The notes beneath the pieces are model-generated. The model had not been told where the DNA came from. It searched no databases and saw nothing but the letters and a program-made list of their open reading frames with translations. Shown piece by piece: positions 25,639-35,424 of a stretch of 64,000 nucleotides of DNA; position 1 is the first letter of the stretch; the number at the start of each line of letters is the position of its first letter. The stretch spans positions 47,130 through 111,129 of the forward strand of contig MFZK01000014.1 in NCBI GenBank assembly GCA_001789395.1, written 5' to 3'. The translations under genes were made by a program, and so were the position numbers. This DNA is from Candidatus Roizmanbacteria bacterium RIFCSPHIGHO2_02_FULL_37_13b. Lineage in GTDB: Bacteria; Patescibacteriota; Microgenomatia; UBA1406; HO2-37-13b.

Positions 25639-27147
25639 TTAACCAATAATCTGTTTTATTTCTTTGTCTAAAAGCAAAGTCGCTGCAAGTAAGGATGCAT
25701 GTTTGTTTTTCAGCCAAAGTTGTTGATTTGTGTGTTTTAGAATAACTGCCTTTATGGTACTATTCATTGCTCGCTTTCCAGGACTACCCGCCGATAGATA
25801 TTTATTTAAGATATTTAATGGATCCTGCCAGCTAGTTATTTGCTCTTTTGTCACAGTCACATTTATTTTTTCTTCATTTGTAGCTTTTTTAAATCCTTCA
25901 AAGTCAATTTTATCTTTGTTTTGGCTATATTTAATAGCCTTTTCGATTACGATTTTCCCGCTTCTAAAGGGTATATTATATTCTTGACAAAAAATTTCAA
26001 GCAGTGATGTTGCGCCGATAAAGCCCTTATTGGCTAATTCCATCATTCTTTGTTCATTAACTTTTAATTCACTGATAATACCAGCCATGATATTTGGCGC
26101 CAGAGTCGTTTCATTGATGATATCCATGATAATGTACTTCGTCCACTGTGAATCGCGGTTGTAGCCGATGAAAGCGCCCTTGCCTGACATGAGAAGACTC
26201 TGTAGCAGTCCTTGTGCATAAGCGGTTTTCCCTTTAATGACTTCCAATGTATCCGGATTTTTCTTTTGAGGCATGATTGAGCTGCCGGTTGAATAAAGAT
26301 CGGATATTTCTAACATACCAAATTCCTTCATCGAAAGAACAATTAACGTTTCACTCATTATTGATAAATGAGTCATAAGGCTGGTTATACAATAGGCGAC
26401 GTCAGCCTCCGGTTCATATCGGCAGGTGATAGCGTCAAGACTGTTTTCATCAGTTTCGGCAAAACCTAATAGTTGAGTTGTCAGATTACGATCAATATTA
26501 AAGCTTGTGCCATAAGAAGCTGCGTTGCCAAGAGGATTTTTATCAATTATTTGATAAAAGGCCATAAATTTTTCAATATCACGAAGTATCATCGATGAAA
26601 AACCCAAAAGAATATGGCCAAATGTAGTTATCATCGCATGTTGATGGTGAGTAAAGCCAGGCATAACTGTAGTTTGATACTGTTTAGCTTTCTGATTAAG
26701 CATTTCGACTAATTTCAAACAGCTAAAAACATAATTTAAAACCTGATCTTTCAAATAAAGCCTTACATCACAAACAACTTGGTCATTTCTGCTTCTTGCG
26801 GTATGGAGTTTTCCTACCTTTTCAATGCCATCATTATCAATGAGCCATGATTCGATATTGGTATGTACATCTTCTTTTTCCTTATGAAGAATAAATTGAC
26901 CATTGTTTGCCAGTTTTTCAATCTCACAAAGCCCTTTTAAAATTATCTTCACATCATCTTTGCCTATGATTTTTTGCTTAGAAAGCATGAGAGCATGAGC
27001 TTTATTCACCGCAATATCATAGGGAATTAAAGCATAATCGGCTGCTTTAACATCTTGGACGTCTCTACCGGCACAAAACTCAACAGCCTCCTCAAGAGGT
27101 GTTTTTTCGAATGCTGATCCCCAGAGCTGAGAGATTTTTTTTGCCAT
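25639..27147 (-). CDS. argH: argininosuccinate lyase (fumarate-lyase superfamily)
   Basis: GSSIMPQKKNPDTLE signature. N-terminal LWGSAF...YDIAVNKAHALML is ArgH-like. Confidence 0.8.
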   Translation of the reverse strand: MAKKISQLWGSAFEKTPLEEAVEFCAGRDVQDVKAADYALIPYDIAVNKAHALMLSKQKIIGKDDVKIILKGLCEIEKLANNGQFILHKEKEDVHTNIESWLIDNDGIEKVGKLHTARSRNDQVVCDVRLYLKDQVLNYVFSCLKLVEMLNQKAKQYQTTVMPGFTHHQHAMITTFGHILLGFSSMILRDIEKFMAFYQIIDKNPLGNAASYGTSFNIDRNLTTQLLGFAETDENSLDAITCRYEPEADVAYCITSLMTHLSIMSETLIVLSMKEFGMLEISDLYSTGSSIMPQKKNPDTLEVIKGKTAYAQGLLQSLLMSGKGAFIGYNRDSQWTKYIIMDIINETTLAPNIMAGIISELKVNEQRMMELANKGFIGATSLLEIFCQEYNIPFRSGKIVIEKAIKYSQNKDKIDFEGFKKATNEEKINVTVTKEQITSWQDPLNILNKYLSAGSPGKRAMNSTIKAVILKHTNQQLWLKNKHASLLAATLLLDKEIKQIIG

Positions 27148-27186
27148 TTATCCTATTATAAACAATTGATCAACCAAAACGATTAT

Positions 27187-27375
27187 TAAAATAAGCAGGT
27201 GTCGCGACCGGAGGGGGTCCCAGTCAGCGCGGAGTTTCGGCGCTTGATACCGCTTTTTTCCGCAAACTTCACCCCACGGGTGAACCCAAGTTATGCTTCA
27301 AAAAGGGTATCTGCGCTTGAAACTGATCAACGAGCACTGGCTGGGACGAGGGAGTGACAGAATCTGCTTATTTTA
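27187..27375. ncRNA. GC-rich ~189-nt structured element closed by a 12-bp inverted repeat (candidate ncRNA, 3'-UTR structure or MITE)
   Basis: TAAAATAAGCAG (27187-98) pairs with CTGCTTATTTTA (27364-75). An internal 9-bp helix CCCAGTCAG/CTGGCTGGG and several local hairpins are present. GC is well above the flanks. No class was identified. Confidence 0.35.
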
Positions 27376-28770
27376 TTCACCCGTTCCGACGAGGTATATT
27401 GCGCGCCACGGTTTGAAATTAGAAAAAAAGTCTTTATTTATCGCCTCTTTCCCGTCTTTTACTACCGTGTAGTTGAAGACTGTCTTTGCACCCCACGCTG
27501 CCCAATCGACTTGTTTGACTTCGCCTTTTTTTAAAGTTGGATCATCCTGATTAAGTGGCTCAGGTGGAGGAACTGAATCATAAAGCCTAGCTCCGGATAT
27601 CCGGGCGATCCGGCCATCTTTTTTTCCATAAAAAACAAACTTTAAATCCATCGTTGTTTTGTCTAATTCTCTTTGAATTAGAATATATGCCGGCGTATCA
27701 TTAGCAAATCTAAAATCAGTCGAGGGACTGAAAACCGTGGCATCAAAACCGGGTTTTGAATCATTTTCATAATAGTGGACCCTGTAAGCGTGAGCTGTCC
27801 TTTTCGTGATTGGTAAGCCTGAATTTAAAGCCGCGCGAAAAAGAGTCGTTGAAACTTGGCAGACTCCGCCACCGTCGCCCAAAATGGTTCGTCCGTCTTT
27901 AATAATGTAGGCTTGTAGATACCCTGTATCGGCAGAAATATCACCAATGGTATTATTGAATGAAAAATTCTCATCTTTAGGAATAAGTACCCCATCAAAT
28001 TTTGAAGATGCCAAAATCACGTTATGGATTCTGCCTGGAATTGAACCTTTATAATTCGATTTTCCCTCTCCAATCTTTTCGACAATTCCATAACTATTTA
28101 TGGAAGCAAGAGTAATTTTTGGGCTTATAATTTGATCTTTGATAATAATTTTAAAATATTGCTGTTTGTCCACTTTGCTTACAATATCTTTAAACTGTGC
28201 TATTGCGGCTTCTTTGTCTATCTGCAATCCATTCTGTTCAATTTTAAACGCCGTGACTTTTCCATTCTCAAAGCGAAATAGAGCATCTTGGGGTTTGACA
28301 TTATAGGTAACTTCAAGATCACTTAGACTGTCATACATTGGTTTTTCAGTGAAGCTTAATATGCTCTTAAAAGTAAATTTCCTTAAATTAAGTAGTGACT
28401 CTAACCGCTTCTGCCATTTGAGGATTAAATTTTGATCACGACCTATTCCGTAAGCCTGATTTGCTGTCTCGTCAATGTTTAAATCAAAATTAATGTCTTG
28501 TCCTGAAATCGTTGCAACTTGTAAATCATGATAATTAATTTCAAGTGTAATGTCTCTCAATCGTTTTTTTTTAGTAACTAAATATTTTTTTACGTCATTG
28601 ACATTTTTTCCACCAAAATTTACATTATCCACGACGACATTAGGGTAAATCTTGCCCTGTAAATTAGATACCTTATTTGATATAAAGACGATAAAAATTA
28701 GGGTGACAACAAAAAAGACAAAACTAGCCACAAAAAACGATTTTAAGACGAAGATAACAATTTTTTTCAT
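27373..28770 (-). CDS. VanW-domain protein with N-terminal membrane anchor
   Basis: GGGVCQVSTTLFRAALNSGLPITKRTAHAYRVHYY is the VanW core. Confidence 0.85.
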   Translation of the reverse strand: MKKIVIFVLKSFFVASFVFFVVTLIFIVFISNKVSNLQGKIYPNVVVDNVNFGGKNVNDVKKYLVTKKKRLRDITLEINYHDLQVATISGQDINFDLNIDETANQAYGIGRDQNLILKWQKRLESLLNLRKFTFKSILSFTEKPMYDSLSDLEVTYNVKPQDALFRFENGKVTAFKIEQNGLQIDKEAAIAQFKDIVSKVDKQQYFKIIIKDQIISPKITLASINSYGIVEKIGEGKSNYKGSIPGRIHNVILASSKFDGVLIPKDENFSFNNTIGDISADTGYLQAYIIKDGRTILGDGGGVCQVSTTLFRAALNSGLPITKRTAHAYRVHYYENDSKPGFDATVFSPSTDFRFANDTPAYILIQRELDKTTMDLKFVFYGKKDGRIARISGARLYDSVPPPEPLNQDDPTLKKGEVKQVDWAAWGAKTVFNYTVVKDGKEAINKDFFSNFKPWRAIYLVGTGE

Positions 28771-28797
28771 TCCTATAAATTATGCTAATATTATAGT

Positions 28798-30261
28798 ATG
28801 AGTGATGAAAATAAAAGCGAAAATAATACATCTGAATCGACACCGGTTTATTCCGTTGAGGAGGAGACGCCAAACGTGGAACAATCAGATAACTCAGTGC
28901 CTTTAGAAACCGTGTCGGAAGATATTACCCCCGAAGGGATTTCTGATGCACCTCCACCAATCTATGAAGAGAATCGAAGTAAATTAATATTTATTGTCGT
29001 TGGTGCAATTATTTTTTTAGTTATTTTTATCTTTGTTGTGAAATTTATTTTGAGTTTTGGAAAAGCATCAGGCTCTAAAGTGACTTTGAAATACTGGGGA
29101 CTTTGGGAAGACGCGGCGGTGCTACAACCTCTAATTGCTGACTACAAAAGGAAAAATCCCAACGTATCTATTATCTACACAAAAATGGACCCTAAAAGTT
29201 TACGGGAAAAAATTATTGCCCGTAATGAATCGGTGACGGATCGGCCAGATATCTTTAGATTTCATAATACATGGTTACCCCAGCTTAGTGGCGTCACATC
29301 CCCCATACCAAAGAATGTCATGACTAATGAGGAATTTGAGAAGACTTTCTATGAAGTGATTCAAAAGGATTTGAAGGTTTCAAATGATTATTATGGTATA
29401 CCACTTGAGATTGATGGTTTGGTTTTAGTCTGTAATGATGAATTATTTAAAGCGTCCGGTATAGAATCACCTCCAACAACTTGGGATCAGGTGATTTCAT
29501 ATGCTTCAAAGATGACAGTTAAAGATGGTGGGAAAATACTCACTTCCGGTATTGCCATTGGGACGGCAAATAACATTGAAAATTTTTCTGATATTTTGGG
29601 ATGGATGATTATGCAGAACGGCGGTCAATTAGATAATTTGACTTCAAATGAAGCAGTAGGTGCTCTTGAGCAGTATCGTGCTTTTGCCGATCCACCAAAG
29701 AATCTTTGGGACGAAACAATGGGTAATTCAGTACAAGCATTTGCAAAGAAGCAAGTGGCGATGATAATAGTTCCTTCCTGGCAAATTTTGACCATAAAGC
29801 AAATAAATCCCGATATTAAAATAAAAACCGTGTCATTGCCAATCGTTCCCGGAGGCAATCAACTTTCTCTAGCAACGTATTGGGTCGAAGGTGTATCTCG
29901 CTTTAGCAAGAATCAGCTTGAAGCCTGGAAATTTTTACGTTTTTTAGTGGAGAAAGACAATCTTACCAAATTATATCAGGAACAAACCAAAACCAGGCTT
30001 TTTGGAGAACCATATTCAAGAGTTGATCTTGGCAGCACTTTAGTACAAAATGAATATATTGGACCTGTAGTCGCCCAAGCGAAAAATATGAAAAGTATGC
30101 CACTTTCATCAAGAACTTATGATAATGGGTTAAATGATGAGATAATAAAATATTTAGAAGATGCCATTAATTCAACAGGAAAAGGTGTTTCATATATTGA
30201 AGCTTTTGCCACGGCCGACAAAGGCGTTAAACAAGTTTTTACCAAATATAAAATTCAGTAG
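28798..30261 (+). CDS. membrane-anchored extracellular solute-binding protein (ABC family 1-like)
   Basis: TM helix around aa 62-85, then KVTLKYWGLWEDAAVLQPLIADYKRKNPNV, typical of SBP_bac_1 proteins. Confidence 0.65.
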   Translation: MSDENKSENNTSESTPVYSVEEETPNVEQSDNSVPLETVSEDITPEGISDAPPPIYEENRSKLIFIVVGAIIFLVIFIFVVKFILSFGKASGSKVTLKYWGLWEDAAVLQPLIADYKRKNPNVSIIYTKMDPKSLREKIIARNESVTDRPDIFRFHNTWLPQLSGVTSPIPKNVMTNEEFEKTFYEVIQKDLKVSNDYYGIPLEIDGLVLVCNDELFKASGIESPPTTWDQVISYASKMTVKDGGKILTSGIAIGTANNIENFSDILGWMIMQNGGQLDNLTSNEAVGALEQYRAFADPPKNLWDETMGNSVQAFAKKQVAMIIVPSWQILTIKQINPDIKIKTVSLPIVPGGNQLSLATYWVEGVSRFSKNQLEAWKFLRFLVEKDNLTKLYQEQTKTRLFGEPYSRVDLGSTLVQNEYIGPVVAQAKNMKSMPLSSRTYDNGLNDEIIKYLEDAINSTGKGVSYIEAFATADKGVKQVFTKYKIQ

Positions 30262-30267
30262 ACACTT

Positions 30268-32361
30268 ATGTTTAATTTTTTAAAAAAAGACCAATTAAGC
30301 GAATCGGAAATATATTTCGGGTTAGTGTTAAAAGAAAATGAAGGGATTGGAATGATCTTGAAGGTTGATAAGAGATCAAAACGTCTTTCTGTTATAAAGG
30401 AACATAAAATAGCTTTCACTGATGGTTGGGAACGGCTGACAGAGGATGTTGACCAGACTTTGTATGAATTGGAAAAAGTGACTAAAACGCAAACAAAGAA
30501 AATAATCTTTTTTTTATATTCCCATCTTATCGATCAAAAATCCAAAAAAATAGAAAAACCCTATTTAGACAAGATTAAAAAAATAACAGAAAATTTAGAT
30601 TTAAAAGCAGTTGGTTTTATCGAATATCATGAAGCGATCGCTCTATATCTTGAAAAAAAAGAAGAAGCACCTTTAACCTCAATAATAATTGAGCTAGATA
30701 AACCGGTGATTACTCTTTTCGTCTATAAAGGAGGCGAGCTCTTTTTTTCTGAAAGTATTGCAAAGACAGAGAATCTAGTTTCCGACATGGAAATCTTAAT
30801 GTCAAAAATTAATGGTGAAATAATCTTACCCTCCAGGATTATTCTTTATGATTCAACTCGATTGATTTCAGAATCTGAAAAAATTATGGCTCATAAATGG
30901 GATGAGCGGTTGTTCATTCAAATTCCAAGAGTCGAAATTATGTCTGCAGATCACCTGCTGCAGGCATTGATTGAGGCATTTTCTGCACAAGTGTTTGATG
31001 ACGCTCAAATTGAAGAAGTATTGGAAAAAGATGATTCTGATTTGATGGGATTTATTGTTTCGCAAGATATTAATGATATAAAAAATGCCCCGCAAACAAA
31101 AACAATAGTGGAGCCAAGTAATCCCATGATTGCACCGCCAAATATAATCTTAGATTCAATCGCAAAAAGAATAAAAGGAGTTGTTATTAACTTAAAGTCA
31201 ATGAGTGGGCGTTTAGGGCAAAAAAAAATATATCTACTCATGTCCATTGCCGTTATAGGAATAATGATTGTGCTGTTTTGCAGCAGTTTATATTTCTTTC
31301 ATACGGGTTCAGTGACTTTGTTTTTTGATGAAGTAAGTGAGGCAAAAGAATTTCGAATCAAAGGACATTTGACTAATTCTGGGATTGTCGAAGGGATTTC
31401 GATAGAAGAACAAAGTAAAACAGTTGAAATATCGGATAACATAGATACAAGTGGCGAAAAAATTATTGGCGAAAAAGCCAGTGGAATCGTGGCGGTCTAT
31501 AACAAAGAGAAAAATGAAAAAACTCTTAAAAAAGGTTCCGTATTAGTTTCGACAAACGGCATAAAGTTTGCATTAGATGACGACATAAAAGTTGCTTCCG
31601 CATCTGAAAGTCTGACAAGCGAAGGGAACATTTTGACCGTGACGGGAAAAAACAAGGTACAAATTACCGCCGCAGATATCGGGTCTAAAGCTAACCTAAA
31701 GAAAGGTGAAAAATTAAAAATTGAAGATTTCTCTGAAAATATTGTATTTGCCTTAGTGGAAACGGATTTGACCGGTGGTAGCGAAAAGAGTATCAAGACA
31801 GTATCTAAAGATGATATAGCCAAGCTAAAAGAAAAAATTAATAAAAAGGCAGTTACGGAAAATAAAATATCTACACCTCAGGATGTTAATAAAAAAATAA
31901 TTAATTCTTTGACATCGGTGACGAGCATACTCGACACCTATTCACATGAAGTTGGTGAAGAAGCCAATAGCATTAGTCTTAAAACAAAGGTAAAATTGGT
32001 TTTCTATGTATTTAACGAAGAGGATTTGAAGAAAGTCATTGTTAATAGTTTGAAAAGCAGTATAAGTGATGATTATGAAATTATTTCAACAAATTTGGCT
32101 TATTCAATAACTTCTGCAAAAAAAGAGGAAGGTAGATTTACGTTTTATTTAAAGACGACTGCGAAACTTGCAAAAAAAATTGATAAAGAAAGATTAATCG
32201 AATCTCTTCTTGGAACGTCCGTCGAAGAAAGTAAGTCACGTTTAAAAGAAAATCAAAAAATTAAGAAAATTGATATTAATATTCAAAGTCCGATTCCAAT
32301 CTTACAATCTCGTATGCCTTTTTTTAAAGAACATATTAAGATTTCAGTGAAGTCGATCTGA
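30268..32361 (+). CDS. 697-aa bitopic membrane protein of unknown function
   Basis: Cytoplasmic N-terminal ~330 aa, one TM (IYLLMSIAVIGIMIVLFCSSLYFF), and an extracytoplasmic beta-rich C-terminal half. No family recognised with confidence. Confidence 0.5.
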   Translation: MFNFLKKDQLSESEIYFGLVLKENEGIGMILKVDKRSKRLSVIKEHKIAFTDGWERLTEDVDQTLYELEKVTKTQTKKIIFFLYSHLIDQKSKKIEKPYLDKIKKITENLDLKAVGFIEYHEAIALYLEKKEEAPLTSIIIELDKPVITLFVYKGGELFFSESIAKTENLVSDMEILMSKINGEIILPSRIILYDSTRLISESEKIMAHKWDERLFIQIPRVEIMSADHLLQALIEAFSAQVFDDAQIEEVLEKDDSDLMGFIVSQDINDIKNAPQTKTIVEPSNPMIAPPNIILDSIAKRIKGVVINLKSMSGRLGQKKIYLLMSIAVIGIMIVLFCSSLYFFHTGSVTLFFDEVSEAKEFRIKGHLTNSGIVEGISIEEQSKTVEISDNIDTSGEKIIGEKASGIVAVYNKEKNEKTLKKGSVLVSTNGIKFALDDDIKVASASESLTSEGNILTVTGKNKVQITAADIGSKANLKKGEKLKIEDFSENIVFALVETDLTGGSEKSIKTVSKDDIAKLKEKINKKAVTENKISTPQDVNKKIINSLTSVTSILDTYSHEVGEEANSISLKTKVKLVFYVFNEEDLKKVIVNSLKSSISDDYEIISTNLAYSITSAKKEEGRFTFYLKTTAKLAKKIDKERLIESLLGTSVEESKSRLKENQKIKKIDINIQSPIPILQSRMPFFKEHIKISVKSI

Positions 32362-32370
32362 GAAACCGTT

Positions 32371-33105
32371 ATGGCACTTTACGTCTATAAGAAAAAAAAA
32401 GAGAACCCTCATCGACGCTTAATTACCGGTATTTCTTATAGTTCGATGATAATAGGTTCATTGTTTCTTTTTTGGTCTCTCTATCCAATTCTTTTTTTTG
32501 AGATGTACTCATTTATCAATTTTAGAACAAAACCAACTAGCCCATTGCCGGAATATAGCTCGTCTTTTATAAATACTTATAATTCAGTGCTCGGTGTTTC
32601 AAGTATCTTATCGACAAATTTATCCGATTATACAAAAGCCGGGGTTTGGTTTCCTTCTGTAGCTCAGAAGGTAAGCCAAGATCTTAAAGTCAAAGAATAT
32701 ACCTTATCTATACCTCGTTTGAATATAACAAATGCCAAAGTGATCGTTGGCGGTGACGATTTACTGAAAGGATTAGTTCATTATGCACCAAAATCTTTAC
32801 CCGGGATGATCGGCAACGTCGCTATTTTTGGTCACTCACTCTTACCTCAACTAGCCAAACGAGGAAATGACTATCGGTCTATTTTTACATATCTGCCATC
32901 AATGGAGCGGGGAGATGAGATATATTCGACTGTAGATGGTGTCGCTTATGAATATAAAGTAGTCGATATTTTTGTAGTTAATCCGAATGAGATTTCAGTA
33001 TTAAATCAAACTGACGACGATGTTTATATGAGTCTAATTACATGCGTCCCTCCGGGAACTCTCAACCAAAGGTTGGTTGTTAAGGCAAAGATGGATAAGC
33101 TTTAA
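32371..33105 (+). CDS. sortase-family transpeptidase
   Basis: N-terminal TM. IFGHS and SLITCVPPGT (catalytic TLxTC-type Cys). Confidence 0.8.
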   Translation: MALYVYKKKKENPHRRLITGISYSSMIIGSLFLFWSLYPILFFEMYSFINFRTKPTSPLPEYSSSFINTYNSVLGVSSILSTNLSDYTKAGVWFPSVAQKVSQDLKVKEYTLSIPRLNITNAKVIVGGDDLLKGLVHYAPKSLPGMIGNVAIFGHSLLPQLAKRGNDYRSIFTYLPSMERGDEIYSTVDGVAYEYKVVDIFVVNPNEISVLNQTDDDVYMSLITCVPPGTLNQRLVVKAKMDKL

Positions 33106-33156
33106 TTTAGACGGTTGATTAAGCCTATAAAATATGGTAAAATTACGTTTACAGCC

Positions 33157-35388
33157 ATGGCTAAATCTACCGCTAAATTTAATAATTTAGACTATATAAT
33201 TAAAGTATTTATCTACCAAATACTGCTTTTTTTTATCAATTTTTTGATCTTCACAGGAGACCTCATTATCTTATCTATAAGATATATACTAAGGCTAGTT
33301 ATTATCTTACCGATAAATCAGCTAAAAAAGCTAATTCTGAAGCTATCAAGAAAGGTAAAACAAATATTTTCGCTGGTTATTAAACCTAAACTTCCATTAA
33401 TAGATTTTTTCAAGATAAAATATTTTGTTATCGGTTTCTTAATTGCTTTTATATTCATACTATTATTTATAGGCATTGGTTTTATAAAGTCTTTACCTGA
33501 TCCCAAATTGATTGGAAAAGTAAATTTTGCCGTCTCGACACAAATTCTGGATCGAAAAGGAAGATTATTGTACGAAGTCTATGGGAATGAAAATCGTATC
33601 CCAATAAAAATTGACACGTTACCTAAATATGTAATTTCTGCAACTATTGCCATTGAAGATAAGGATTTTTATAAGCACAATGGCGTTTCTATTTGGGGTG
33701 GGATATTAAGAGCATTGAAAGACAGTATTATAAAAAAAGATTTACAAGGAGGTTCGACTATAACTCAACAATTGGTTAAAGCTTCTCTTCTTACTCCGGA
33801 AAGAACCATCCAACGCAAAATTAAAGAAATGATTATTGCGCTTCAAGTCGAAAAAATTTACTCGAAAAGTCAAATAATGGAAATGTATTTAAATCAAGTT
33901 CCTTATGGAGGCACTGCCTATGGTATTCAACAAGCAGCTAAAGTCTATTTTGATAAAAATGCTAAAGATCTGACCTTGAGCGAGATAGCATATTTAGCCG
34001 GATTACCCAAGGCACCTAGTATCTATTCTTACTACGCAAATCCGGAATATGCCAAATCAAGAAGAAATGAAGTTTTGACAAAGATGCTCCAGCTTAAATT
34101 CATTACAAGAAGCGAGTTTGATAGAGAGTCGCCTCTTCCATTAAAGATCGTTCCTTTAAAACAATTAATTAGAGCGCCTCATTTTGTATTTTACGTAAAA
34201 AATATTCTAGAGCAAAAATATGGTATTAGATCGGTTGAAACAAGAGGTTTTCGAGTTCGAACAAGTTTAGATCTGGATATCCAAGATGAAGCCGAACTTA
34301 TTTTATCAGAAGAACTCAAAAAAATTGAAAATCTAAAGGTTAATAATGGTGCGATTTTGATCACTCATCCTTCAACAGGTGAAGTCTTAGCGATGGTAGG
34401 ATCCAAAAATTATTATGAGGACGGTGTCGGAGCATTCAATGTCACCACGTCCCAAAGGCAACCAGGATCATCTATAAAGCCGTTAATGTATTCGTTGGCG
34501 TTGACTAAGGGGTTTACAGCTGTATCTATGGTTGATGATTCTCCAATAATATTTAAGATTCCTGGTTCAAAGCCCTATCGACCAATCAATTACGATGGTA
34601 CTTTTCACGGACTGATAACGCTACGATCTGCCTTGGCTAATTCTTATAATGTTCCGGCTGTTAAAATGTTGAATACTCTGGGTGTCAAGAATTTCATATA
34701 TCATGCACGACAAATGGGAATAACCACTTGGGAAGACGAAAGTCGATATGGATTGTCTTTAACGCTCGGAGGGGGAGAAGTGAAAATGACTGATATGGCT
34801 GTTGCCTACGGCGTATTTGCCAATTCAGGTAATAAAGTAAATCTAAATCCTATTCTAGATATTTATGACTATCAAGGGTATCCAATAGAAGTGAATACAA
34901 AAGTCGATCGGACTCATGTTCTTGATGAAGGAGTTAGTTATATTATCTATGATATTTTGTCTGATGCAAAAGCTCGACTGGCTGCATTTGGTAATAATTC
35001 ACCACTTAATATTCAACAGTTTAAGGTTGCCGTGAAGACGGGGACAACAAATGAAAAAAAAGATAACTGGACTATCGGTTTTACTCCAAAATTTCTTGCA
35101 GCAGTTTGGGTTGGTAATAACGACAATACACCAATGAATCCATTGCTGACATCAGGTATCACAGGTGCTGCACCGATCTGGAGTCGTGTGATGGCAAGCT
35201 TGCTATCTAAGAGTATTTCATCTGAGTTTGACGAAAATCCGCTAGCTACAAATACTTATCAAATACCAACTAATATTGTTGAAAAAAAATGTGGTGGTAT
35301 CGCAGAATATTTCGTTAAGGGAACAGAAAAAGCCCCATGTCAGCCAGAATTTCTTTCACCTACACCCACAACAATACAACAGCAGTAA
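33157..35388 (+). CDS. class A penicillin-binding protein (PBP1A-type transglycosylase/transpeptidase), copy 1
   Basis: GT51 motifs EDKDFYKHNG, GGSTITQQLVK and RKIKE. TPase motifs SSIKP and KTGTT. The track ORF starts at TTG 33115 and the first ATG is 33157. Confidence 0.92.
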   Translation: MAKSTAKFNNLDYIIKVFIYQILLFFINFLIFTGDLIILSIRYILRLVIILPINQLKKLILKLSRKVKQIFSLVIKPKLPLIDFFKIKYFVIGFLIAFIFILLFIGIGFIKSLPDPKLIGKVNFAVSTQILDRKGRLLYEVYGNENRIPIKIDTLPKYVISATIAIEDKDFYKHNGVSIWGGILRALKDSIIKKDLQGGSTITQQLVKASLLTPERTIQRKIKEMIIALQVEKIYSKSQIMEMYLNQVPYGGTAYGIQQAAKVYFDKNAKDLTLSEIAYLAGLPKAPSIYSYYANPEYAKSRRNEVLTKMLQLKFITRSEFDRESPLPLKIVPLKQLIRAPHFVFYVKNILEQKYGIRSVETRGFRVRTSLDLDIQDEAELILSEELKKIENLKVNNGAILITHPSTGEVLAMVGSKNYYEDGVGAFNVTTSQRQPGSSIKPLMYSLALTKGFTAVSMVDDSPIIFKIPGSKPYRPINYDGTFHGLITLRSALANSYNVPAVKMLNTLGVKNFIYHARQMGITTWEDESRYGLSLTLGGGEVKMTDMAVAYGVFANSGNKVNLNPILDIYDYQGYPIEVNTKVDRTHVLDEGVSYIIYDILSDAKARLAAFGNNSPLNIQQFKVAVKTGTTNEKKDNWTIGFTPKFLAAVWVGNNDNTPMNPLLTSGITGAAPIWSRVMASLLSKSISSEFDENPLATNTYQIPTNIVEKKCGGIAEYFVKGTEKAPCQPEFLSPTPTTIQQQ

Positions 35389-35424
35389 CTGAGAATATAA
35401 GTTCCCTTCAATAGATTTACGATT

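Noticed and set aside
27187-27375. Assignment of the GC-rich element to SRP RNA, tmRNA, RNase P RNA, a T-box or a cobalamin riboswitch
   Set aside because: It lacks the SRP helix-8 GNRA loop with the AGCA/AGG symmetric-loop motif, the tmRNA tRNA-like ends, the RNase P GAGGAAAGUCC box, the T-box AAnnnGGGUGGnACCnCG sequence and a B12 box. It is kept only as an unclassified structured element.
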